From an uncultured Ignavibacteriales bacterium (GTDB lineage: Bacteria > Zixibacteria > MSB-5A5 > GN15 > FEB-12), in the NCBI GenBank assembly GCA_964464605.1, contig CAYXJN010000009.1:1-64000 (forward strand): 64,000 nt of DNA. Direction: 5' to 3'. Below the pieces are notes generated by a model. That model ran no database searches and had not been told where the DNA came from. It saw only the letters and a program-made list of their open reading frames with translations. Position 1 is the first letter of the stretch; every line of letters begins with the position of its first letter. The translations under genes were made by a program, and so were the position numbers. Shown in pieces: positions 56,554-64,000 of this stretch.

Positions 56554-57556
56554 GGTATTTCTCCGCGTTCGGCGACAGCTTTTGACTGTACCGTTCTGAA
56601 ACATATTTTCTGATTATATCGAGCGCCTGGGTGATACGGATATGGAGCACATCGTCTCCATGCCGTTCCGCCACTACCAACAGGCAGGTCTGCTCATCGG
56701 CGCGGGCAATCGCCATACGCGCTTCCGGCAGAGTAAGGTCTAATTTTTCCGTCGTTTGCCAGCCGCCGCGCATCAGCACTCTGTTATTGTGCATTAACAG
56801 CTCGCATGCATACGGTGCCCATTCTTCCGGATCAACCGTACCGCGATGACACTGCGCCAGCATCAATCCTTCCGAATCGACAACCGCAGCCAATTTGACC
56901 GACCAGTCCTCGCACATATAGCGAACGGCACGTTCGAAGCCGTTGGCATCGGAATGAGAATTCGGTGCTTGATAGTAAACATCGGTTAAGCGATCAGATG
57001 GTGATGAGACCGTGTCCATAGCATGATGACCGAAGGAACTGGTATGGGCAGCGGAAGCCGGGCTCGGTTTCGGCGCTCCATTTTTTGAAAGCACGATTGT
57101 CGCCCGGCCGTTCTGGTCGTATTCACGACCGGCCATCGCCTGCGTCTGCGGCTCAAAACGGCGACGCGGCGCACCGAACATCTCTTTGAGAAAACCCATC
57201 AATAAAAACGGCGCAGGAACAGAAAGTAACAACAGTCCCGGTATATACGCGCCGAAGGCGGCTTCCATGGCATTGCCGAAATTCATCGAATAAAAAGCAA
57301 CGGCAAGCACGGCGAACAGAAAGCTCAAGCCTGCTCGGTAGACTAAACAGGTAAACGCTGATTTTAAAATAACGGAGACTGACTCAGCACGCATAAGCAG
57401 GTATGACATAACGCCGTAATACACCAGTTCTAAAAGCAGTGTTGCCGCTGAAATCTCTGCCAGTCCGGTGCCGAATCGCTCCGGAAACAACGCCAGCGTA
57501 ACGGCAAGCTGAATCCCTGCAAAGATCAGCAATTGTCGAAATGTGCGTCCATTCAT
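56534..57556 (-). CDS. Membrane protein (4 TM) with C-terminal roadblock/LC7-like domain
   Basis: N-terminal hydrophobic helices, then a C-terminal segment (KLAAVVDSEGLMLAQ...CLLVVAERHGDDVLHIRITQAL) with roadblock-like beta-alpha-beta pattern. Confidence 0.5.
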   Translation of the reverse strand: MNGRTFRQLLIFAGIQLAVTLALFPERFGTGLAEISAATLLLELVYYGVMSYLLMRAESVSVILKSAFTCLVYRAGLSFLFAVLAVAFYSMNFGNAMEAAFGAYIPGLLLLSVPAPFLLMGFLKEMFGAPRRRFEPQTQAMAGREYDQNGRATIVLSKNGAPKPSPASAAHTSSFGHHAMDTVSSPSDRLTDVYYQAPNSHSDANGFERAVRYMCEDWSVKLAAVVDSEGLMLAQCHRGTVDPEEWAPYACELLMHNNRVLMRGGWQTTEKLDLTLPEARMAIARADEQTCLLVVAERHGDDVLHIRITQALDIIRKYVSERYSQKLSPNAEKYHVSSTQ

Positions 57557-57579
57557 CGGTGTACCTTTCCGGCGTCCGG

Positions 57580-58422
57580 TTATTTATACCGAATGCGCAG
57601 TTCCTCTATTTTCATTCGCAAAGTACCCAGATTCGCTTCCGGCAGCGCCACAAACAGGAAAAATCCCCGTGCCGCACGTAACAGGTAAAACGTGAATTGC
57701 TGGGCTTCAATAAGAATTGTATCGACATCTCCGTACTTAACCCGTACTAATTCCCGCGAAACGGTGTTGCATACTTCAGCTAACGTCGCGGCACAGGAAA
57801 TCGAATCCAAATTAGAGCGCCATTCCGATTCGACCACCAAACCTTCAGTATTGAAAAAAAGCGCCCCACCCATTCCCTGAATTTCGACACCCAGTTCCAA
57901 TACTTCCCGTGCCGTAAGCACAGTAGCCATAGTGGCGTGAGTCGGACCGTCGGTCCGCTCCATTGATTTCGCAGCGCCTGGAATAACAACCCGTCCGGAT
58001 TCTTCCGGCAGTTTGCGAGCGATATCCAAAAGCTTGGTAATCTGCGGATTTCCTTTATCCGCGTCATGCAGCCGCTTCAACAGCGTAATTGCAGAATTAA
58101 ACTCCCCTTTGTAAATATAAATCTCTGCTAAAAGCAGTTCGATTGCTCTGGTGTGGCCGTCAATTTCAATCGCCTTTTGCGCTTCAATTTCCGCCCAGTC
58201 ATAAAGTCCGCGATCCAAATTGATCTTAGCCATAACGACATGCGCCGCGCCATACGACGGGTGCACTTTCAGTCCATTATGACAGACACGAAACGCCTTG
58301 TCTAACTCACCATTTTTCCGGTAAGCCTCAGCCAGCGCCGCAAATATCTGCGAGTTGGGGTCAGTCTCTAAAAGCTTCTGACATTTCACTATCCGATCTT
58401 GTACATCGACTTGTGTTGCCAT
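57580..58422 (-). CDS. TPR-repeat protein fused to a C-terminal roadblock/LC7-like domain
   Basis: Three or four TPR units in residues ~10-140. The C-terminus (GMGGALFFNTEGLVVESEW...ILIEAQQFTFYLLRAARGFFLFVAL) has a roadblock-like pattern. Confidence 0.55.
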   Translation of the reverse strand: MATQVDVQDRIVKCQKLLETDPNSQIFAALAEAYRKNGELDKAFRVCHNGLKVHPSYGAAHVVMAKINLDRGLYDWAEIEAQKAIEIDGHTRAIELLLAEIYIYKGEFNSAITLLKRLHDADKGNPQITKLLDIARKLPEESGRVVIPGAAKSMERTDGPTHATMATVLTAREVLELGVEIQGMGGALFFNTEGLVVESEWRSNLDSISCAATLAEVCNTVSRELVRVKYGDVDTILIEAQQFTFYLLRAARGFFLFVALPEANLGTLRMKIEELRIRYK

Positions 58423-58524
58423 AATGCCTGTAAGGTACCTATAGGTAAAAGGTTACTAAATTTCTAATTTTCTACAATCGGTAAAGATAGATATACCAAT
58501 ACGTTAAGTCAATTGGATTCTATC

Positions 58525-58899
58525 TCAACTGAGTGTCCGTCTCGTTTCAAAAATCCCGTACAAAAAGAGACCGGCCATACAGCCGTACATCATCGGAACC
58601 AGAAAACCGGGAGCACTGAAAAATTCCATCGTATGGAAAAGCGCCATCAACTGGCTGGCCCCCAAAACCACAAAGGCGGCCATAAACAGCTGCCAGCTTT
58701 TCGCAAGCATTCCACCGCGCACCAGAGTCAGAACTCTAAATGAACCAAGCGCACAGGCAACCGCCAAACCCAGCACGGTCAAGTTCAACAGCGAGGAGGG
58801 CTGCATTAAGGCAATGAAAGATGCGGCATGAGCTGATTCTCCTCCGCCCAACACTACCGCTCCGATAAGTAGCACACATAACCGTTTCATATCGCTCAA
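58525..58899 (-). CDS. Small hypothetical membrane protein (124 aa)
   Basis: Signal/TM MKRLCVLLIGAVVLGGG plus three further hydrophobic helices. Translationally coupled to the DUF4388 gene by a 4-nt overlap. Confidence 0.45.
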   Translation of the reverse strand: MSDMKRLCVLLIGAVVLGGGESAHAASFIALMQPSSLLNLTVLGLAVACALGSFRVLTLVRGGMLAKSWQLFMAAFVVLGASQLMALFHTMEFFSAPGFLVPMMYGCMAGLFLYGIFETRRTLS

Positions 58900-60095
58900 C
58901 CTCTCACCATTTTAACGACCCGATCTGCTCGCTTGATCGTTTTGTACAAATTGTCTTCTATGTGATACCGTTTGACTATTTCACGACGGGTAGCCAGCGG
59001 TTCCGTAATTTCTTTTTTCACCAATCCAACCGCTTCGCGGAACGGACCAACGCCTAACACCTGAAAGACAAATTCAAGATGTTCAGAGAGCATACCATCC
59101 AGACTGGTCATCAGTTTGTGGTAGCGCACATTGGGCGGAAGCGCTTTAACAGCGGTCAGGTATTTATCGTATGAAGGGCCTTCTTCTGCCTGCGGATCGA
59201 ATCCCGGGAAGTGCATCAAGAGTCCGTTTCGATATTGCGCGGTAAAGGCGGCATAGCGGCTGCTTTCGCCGACAATCGATTCGACCAATGTTCTGATTCT
59301 GAAGAAACAGGAATTGTACATGGTGAAAATAATCGCCAGCACGATATCCTCTTCATCTTCGATTTCAGTCGGGCGTTCCTCCCGCTTACCGCCTGCAATA
59401 ACCAGATTATTGACAATCAGCTTGTAGACGGCGCGGCAGGTAACGAATTCACCGATCGGAGAAACGCTGATAAGTTCCGGCAAGGTGCGCTGTCCGTTCA
59501 TAAGGGCGAGAATTTTGAATTCATCAAGCGACAGCACAATCTCTTCTTCACCGCTTTTCGGATTCCGGTTGACCGCTAATTCGATATTATCCGGCGGCAA
59601 TACTTTCTGAATCTCCACCCACTCATCAACCCGGCGGGTCCCTTCCATCAGTACGCTCATAGTCGGAAGTTCGATGATAAACGGCGTATTGGCAGGAAGC
59701 TTTCCTTCATGAAGAATGAAGTCCCCTTCATGCCAGGAGAACAGATTGTAAACGATCTCTTCAATCTGCATCCGCAAACATTCTGCAATTTCTTCTTTGT
59801 CGAACAACTGCATGTCGATAAGCGTTGAGCCGAGCTGACGGCCGGTTTGCTTATGCATGGTTATTGCGCGGTCTAAATCCGTCTTGGTGATTTTCCCTTT
59901 GGCCAAAAGCATATTACCTAAGAGATCTTCGCTTGAATTCAGCGAGGATGCATAAATAATATTCCCGACGCGGAATGCGACTTCCTTCTGACGGGTCTGA
60001 GTCCGAATCTCAAGCAGTCCGGTCTTTTTGCCGGCGGCTAATAACTGCAGAATATCCGGAAACGAAACCGTTCTAAGATTTCCTGACAAACTCAT
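58896..60095 (-). CDS. DUF4388 domain-containing protein
   Basis: N-terminus LSGNLRTVSFPDILQLLAAGKKTGLLEI is the DUF4388 signature. A second, similar segment near residue 180 (LSLDEFKILALMNGQRTLPEL). Confidence 0.6.
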   Translation of the reverse strand: MSLSGNLRTVSFPDILQLLAAGKKTGLLEIRTQTRQKEVAFRVGNIIYASSLNSSEDLLGNMLLAKGKITKTDLDRAITMHKQTGRQLGSTLIDMQLFDKEEIAECLRMQIEEIVYNLFSWHEGDFILHEGKLPANTPFIIELPTMSVLMEGTRRVDEWVEIQKVLPPDNIELAVNRNPKSGEEEIVLSLDEFKILALMNGQRTLPELISVSPIGEFVTCRAVYKLIVNNLVIAGGKREERPTEIEDEEDIVLAIIFTMYNSCFFRIRTLVESIVGESSRYAAFTAQYRNGLLMHFPGFDPQAEEGPSYDKYLTAVKALPPNVRYHKLMTSLDGMLSEHLEFVFQVLGVGPFREAVGLVKKEITEPLATRREIVKRYHIEDNLYKTIKRADRVVKMVRG

Positions 60096-60259
60096 GTGTA
60101 CGCCCTTGCCAAATAGTTACCTATACCGTCTCTTCCGTTTGACGGCATTTCCCTCTCTATATCGGGCGCTCCCCATGATAACTTAAACGAAAATCAGACG
60201 GTAACTTCACGTCGTTGCAAGGTTTTTGCAGACGGGCGAACTGAAACGGTAATCAGCGG

Positions 60260-62545
60260 TCAGTCAATCGGTTCTGCGCGGTTCAAACTGAAACGTATCC
60301 ACCCGACCTCGACAAGCGGAACGACGTTTGAAGCAGTGCTGTTTGGCGTTTGTTCTGAAAATTGCTGTTTCTGCTTGTCGAGTTGCTCAGAATATGAACA
60401 GATAATCCAATCGGCGCCGGATTTTGTAAGCGTATCCACGGCAACCGGAGCTATCGGCGTCCCCGATTGCAGAACTAACAGGGTTTTGCCGGATGATCCT
60501 TCCAATGCCGGCAACGCCTGATCCGTTCTACCGCAGAAGAGAATCTGCATACTATCAAACTGTAACTGAAATCCACTCCAAAAAGAACTATACCCGTTCA
60601 CACTTCGATTTTTTGACATACTCCCGACTTCACGAACACGCAGGGAAGAATGTAGTCCATTTTCGGTCAGCGCGTCCTGCATACTGTTAACCAGTTCAGG
60701 TGCAACGCTTATTGAATCGAGGTGGTATCGATCCGCTAATCTTCCTACATCATCGAGTACGCCATATTCGGCACTACGAACCAGGAGTGACCGCAGATGC
60801 GTTATCCCTTCATGCTTGAGTGCCGGTTCGATAATCCGCTCACCGACATCATAATCCCGTTCTCTGAGTCCGTTAATAACCAGATCAGCTTCGGTACTTC
60901 CCGCTTGCGACACAATTCCGGCAATACCACCCGGTATGGGAACAAACAATACGGTTGGGCCATCTTCATCTTTGATATCCGCTCCAATCTTTGCGGCAAC
61001 AAACAAATTGGCCAATACAACAACACCGATTACCAACACGCGACGGTACTTTCGGGAGTTGATGGCAAACGACCCGATTACGATAAGCGCATACAAACCC
61101 AATACCAGCCCGATTGGAACATCCCCCGTCGTAACCGTAAATGACAAATCAGTCGCAAACAGATGAATAAGCTGAATTGTTTTTTCTAACAACAAATTGA
61201 GCAGCGACCCGACAAAGATGCCGAGTATCGGCAAAATCAAATACGCGATCAACGTGAGCATCACGCCAATCACCGCCGTCGATACGAGCGGAATAATAAC
61301 AATGTTGCTGAGAAAACCTGAGAAGGTTACCCGTTCGTAATAGTACGCCAGAATCGGCAGAGCAATAAGCTGTGCGACAATGCAAACTACAACCGGCAGC
61401 ACTAACCACCTAAACCATCGGTAGCTGTAATACCGGCCAAAGGCGGTAGTAACCTGCGGTACGACCAACACCAATCCCCAGGCTATAGCGAATGACATTT
61501 GGGTGCCGGCATCGAACAACTGCGTCGGGTCGAAGAGCAAAATCAACAAAGCAGCCGAGGCGATGATATTATTCAAATCAACCCGACGCTCTACCATCCC
61601 GGCAATGAGAACTAATACCGCCATCAGCGATGCCCGCACCACCGATGGTTCTCCATAACACAAGAGCGTATAGATACCAACTATCACGAGTAGAATTAAA
61701 CCACGAGCACGACGAGTAAGTGGAAACAGCCAAAGCACGACGGTTACGAATAGCAGAACTACCGCTACGTTCGAACCGGAGACCGCCAACAAATGCAGCG
61801 TACCACTGTCACGAAAGTAGGTGTACAATTGTGCCGGAATGTTTCGCGTTTCCCCGATTAAAAAGCCGGAAGCTACCGCTGCTGATACCGGCGATAGTGT
61901 TTCTTCCAGTGTTTCCCGAATAGCGGTGCGAAGTTTATCGGTCTGGGCGATAACCGCGTACTTGCTTCGATTGTCGATCCGCACATCCAGCAGCGTAGTC
62001 GCGTACACCACGCCGAATATCCCTTTAAGATTAACGGAACGGATATAATCGAACCCCCAGGGCGTTCCACGTCCGCGAATCGGATAGATTACCGCCGAAA
62101 ATTCTATTCTGTCTCCGCGCTGTAAAACGGTACTGGTATCGGAAACACTGAGCAGAATGCTCCCCTCAACGCGAAACGGCAGCTTGGCAGCAAGCGAATC
62201 AAGTTCGAGTACCAACTCTGTTCTGTCTTTTTTCAAAAGCGGCCAGTCGCGAACTGTCCCCCAAATTTGGTAGCGCGTTTCCCCATCGACAAAGTTTGAG
62301 ACGTGATACGGTCCTACATCGTACATTTGATGCGCAAAATAAAATCCGGAAAAGCAAAGCAACGTGCCGCTGAAGCAGAGAATGGCTAACGTCTGCCGTG
62401 AATGCCACAAGCCCCACAATGCACTGATACAACAGAGCACTGCGAGTGCGAGAAACCATCCGGAAGGAATCCCGAATTGGTCCGCCACCAAAATTCCGGC
62501 AATGCAAAACGGCAGCAAGAAAAGACTTGGATATTTACTGAGCAA
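60260..62545 (-). CDS. comEC: DNA internalisation competence protein ComEC/Rec2
   Basis: DUF4131-like N-terminus, then the multi-TM competence domain (LAVSGSNVAVV, LSFAIAWGLV). The C-terminal ~250 aa lacks a recognisable HxHxDH metallo-beta-lactamase motif. Confidence 0.8.
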   Translation of the reverse strand: MLSKYPSLFLLPFCIAGILVADQFGIPSGWFLALAVLCCISALWGLWHSRQTLAILCFSGTLLCFSGFYFAHQMYDVGPYHVSNFVDGETRYQIWGTVRDWPLLKKDRTELVLELDSLAAKLPFRVEGSILLSVSDTSTVLQRGDRIEFSAVIYPIRGRGTPWGFDYIRSVNLKGIFGVVYATTLLDVRIDNRSKYAVIAQTDKLRTAIRETLEETLSPVSAAVASGFLIGETRNIPAQLYTYFRDSGTLHLLAVSGSNVAVVLLFVTVVLWLFPLTRRARGLILLVIVGIYTLLCYGEPSVVRASLMAVLVLIAGMVERRVDLNNIIASAALLILLFDPTQLFDAGTQMSFAIAWGLVLVVPQVTTAFGRYYSYRWFRWLVLPVVVCIVAQLIALPILAYYYERVTFSGFLSNIVIIPLVSTAVIGVMLTLIAYLILPILGIFVGSLLNLLLEKTIQLIHLFATDLSFTVTTGDVPIGLVLGLYALIVIGSFAINSRKYRRVLVIGVVVLANLFVAAKIGADIKDEDGPTVLFVPIPGGIAGIVSQAGSTEADLVINGLRERDYDVGERIIEPALKHEGITHLRSLLVRSAEYGVLDDVGRLADRYHLDSISVAPELVNSMQDALTENGLHSSLRVREVGSMSKNRSVNGYSSFWSGFQLQFDSMQILFCGRTDQALPALEGSSGKTLLVLQSGTPIAPVAVDTLTKSGADWIICSYSEQLDKQKQQFSEQTPNSTASNVVPLVEVGWIRFSLNRAEPID

Positions 62546-62561
62546 TCTTCCCCCGCCGAAA

Positions 62562-64000
62562 TCAGCGTTTGAAAATCCTGCGTCGTATTTCCGACATCAT
62601 ATCGACCCGCAAAATAATGGCAAAAATAAGGAAAAGCGACAGACCGACCACACCGGGAATGATAACCGCCAATATCCGGACAACAACGTTTCCGTCACTC
62701 GGGAACATTCCATCCAGCGCAAACCGTGCCGTGCCGAAACCAATCAGGGAAACGACGCAGAGTTTCACACTATTCACTATCAGTTGTGCCCAGTTAACCG
62801 GTACATTCCGCTGCGGAAGATACATGAGTAATAACACGCAATTGATAATACCGCCAATCGAGGTCGCCGCCGCCAATCCGGCAAAACTCAGAATCTGCAT
62901 GAGCGGATAATACAGCGCTGTATTCACCACGACTGAGATAATCGAAAAAATCATCGGCAGCTTGGCGTCATTTTGGGCATAGTAAAACGGGGTCAGTACC
63001 CGCACGGTAGCGAAGGCACAGAGTCCGTATGAATAATGCAAAAGCGCAAGACTGGTGTTAAGCGAATCTGCTTCGGTGAATCTTCCCCACCCAAAAATCA
63101 GCGAAACAATTTCCCGGCCAAAAAGCGCGAGATAAAAAGCGGATGGAATCACGAGCAGCAAATTGAGATTGATACTTTGCCGAAACCCCGTTTCCAAACC
63201 ATCGCTGTCTTTTTTCGCAATCAATTCAGTAATGCGCGGCAGCGTTACTGTACCGAGGGCAACAGCAAAAACCCCCATCGGGAAATGCATCAACCGAAAA
63301 GCAAAATTCAAATAGGAAAGCGCACCCTGCCCTAAAAATGACGCGAAAAGGGTGCTGATAAGAATATTGATTCGCCCGGCCGAAAGCCCGATGAGCATCG
63401 GCGTAAACAGCGATATCATTTTCCTGAATTCCGGATTGACAAAATCGAGCGTGAACTTGAACCGGTACCCTCGCCTATGCAGTGACGGCCACTGAATAGC
63501 AACCTGCGCAATACCGCCGATAACGACGCCAAAAGCGAGCAGATAAATCGGTTGATCCATTAAACCGAAAAAGAGCACAACCGGTAAAATCGAACCGATG
63601 TTAAACATCGATGAGGAGAGGGCCGGAATACCGAACTGCCCCATCGAATTGAGAATCCCCATGACCAAAGCGGCAACGGAAACGAGTAAAAGATAGACAA
63701 ACATGATCCGGGTCATGTCGACGGTCAGCGCAAATTTTCCCGGTTCCGAGGCAAACCCCTTGGCCATGAGATAGACAATCGCCGGCGTCAGTATCATCCC
63801 GATCACCACTATCAGCCCGGTAATCAAAATGAGCTTGGTCATGACGATATTGGCGAGTTTGAACGCCTCGGTTTCCGATTGCTCGACCAAGCTGGTTTTG
63901 AAAACGGGAACAAATGCAGAGGAAAGTGCCCCTTCGGCGAACATATCCCGCAAAAGGTTGGGAATACGAAAAGCGGCCACAAAGGCATCGGTTGCCATGC
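62562..64000 (-). CDS. murJ: Lipid II flippase MurJ, partial (N-terminus beyond window end)
   Basis: MATDAFVAAFRIPNLLRDMFAEGALSSAFVPVF matches the MurJ region after TM1. 14-TM MOP-superfamily topology. The frame stays open to position 64000. Confidence 0.8.
   Translation of the reverse strand, partial: MATDAFVAAFRIPNLLRDMFAEGALSSAFVPVFKTSLVEQSETEAFKLANIVMTKLILITGLIVVIGMILTPAIVYLMAKGFASEPGKFALTVDMTRIMFVYLLLVSVAALVMGILNSMGQFGIPALSSSMFNIGSILPVVLFFGLMDQPIYLLAFGVVIGGIAQVAIQWPSLHRRGYRFKFTLDFVNPEFRKMISLFTPMLIGLSAGRINILISTLFASFLGQGALSYLNFAFRLMHFPMGVFAVALGTVTLPRITELIAKKDSDGLETGFRQSINLNLLLVIPSAFYLALFGREIVSLIFGWGRFTEADSLNTSLALLHYSYGLCAFATVRVLTPFYYAQNDAKLPMIFSIISVVVNTALYYPLMQILSFAGLAAATSIGGIINCVLLLMYLPQRNVPVNWAQLIVNSVKLCVVSLIGFGTARFALDGMFPSDGNVVVRILAVIIPGVVGLSLFLIFAIILRVDMMSEIRRRIFKR

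Noticed and set aside
1-64000. Scan for CRISPR arrays, tRNA/rRNA genes, transposases or integrases
   Set aside because: No direct-repeat/spacer periodicity, no tRNA-like GGTTCGAATCC T-loop contexts in intergenic regions, and no IS-like ORFs. None reported.

Overview
The window is a 64-kb chromosomal segment from a Gram-negative bacterium, about 50% GC, with most genes on the minus strand. It carries LPS genes (GT9 heptosyltransferase, LpxL), a TolC-type efflux set, and an S8 protease with a type-IX-secretion (T9SS) C-terminal sorting domain, which points to the FCB superphylum or related candidate phyla. No rRNA, tRNA, CRISPR or transposase/integrase genes were found by eye. Gene content in order of coordinate: (i) 1-5.3 kb: a secreted BNR/Asp-box protein with a TTG start that the ATG-based ORF track misses; a split SPFH protein plus a dual zinc-ribbon protein; and a lipoprotein multihaem cytochrome c with a PKD domain. 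(ii) 5.3-10.5 kb: an orphan etfA, then a cassette of FHA protein, PPP-type phosphatase and CHASE2 Ser/Thr kinase. (iii) 10.5-20.8 kb: about 10 kb of minus-strand genes with no gap over 30 nt, running fur-feoA-feoB-(unannotated 47-aa FeoB-associated Cys-rich peptide)-ecfT-truA-tal-purB-psd-pssA-purS-purQ-DUF4321-tatA-hypothetical; phospholipid genes sit inside the purine genes and a candidate Fur box lies upstream of fur. (iv) 20.9-26.3 kb: the T9SS-sorted S8 protease and a GT39-like membrane glycosyltransferase with C-terminal TPR repeats. (v) 26.3-33 kb: an uncharacterised outer-membrane three-gene module (a 1114-aa plug+barrel TonB-dependent-receptor-like protein with thrombospondin-type-3-like Ca-binding repeats, a PorV/FadL-like barrel, and a 756-aa lipoprotein). 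(vi) 33-45 kb: a lipoate ligase family protein, a sigma-54 activator with a TPR sensor beside a small Gly-rich secreted protein, then GT9, TolC, MacB-like permease, periplasmic adaptor, LpxL and LtaE. (vii) 45-50 kb: CspA, a SurA-like PPIase and a PilS-like histidine kinase. (viii) 50-60 kb: pilC-pilT-pilB directly downstream of mglA-mglB. This MglA has a ~160-aa disordered Ala/Pro/Ser tail ending in a MinD-like amphipathic membrane-targeting helix. Upstream of it sit three extra roadblock-domain proteins (soluble, membrane-anchored, TPR-fused), a small membrane protein and a DUF4388 protein. This expanded MglA/roadblock/DUF4388 polarity module coupled to the type IV pilus motor is the most interesting candidate system. 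(ix) 60-64 kb: ComEC and a partial MurJ.
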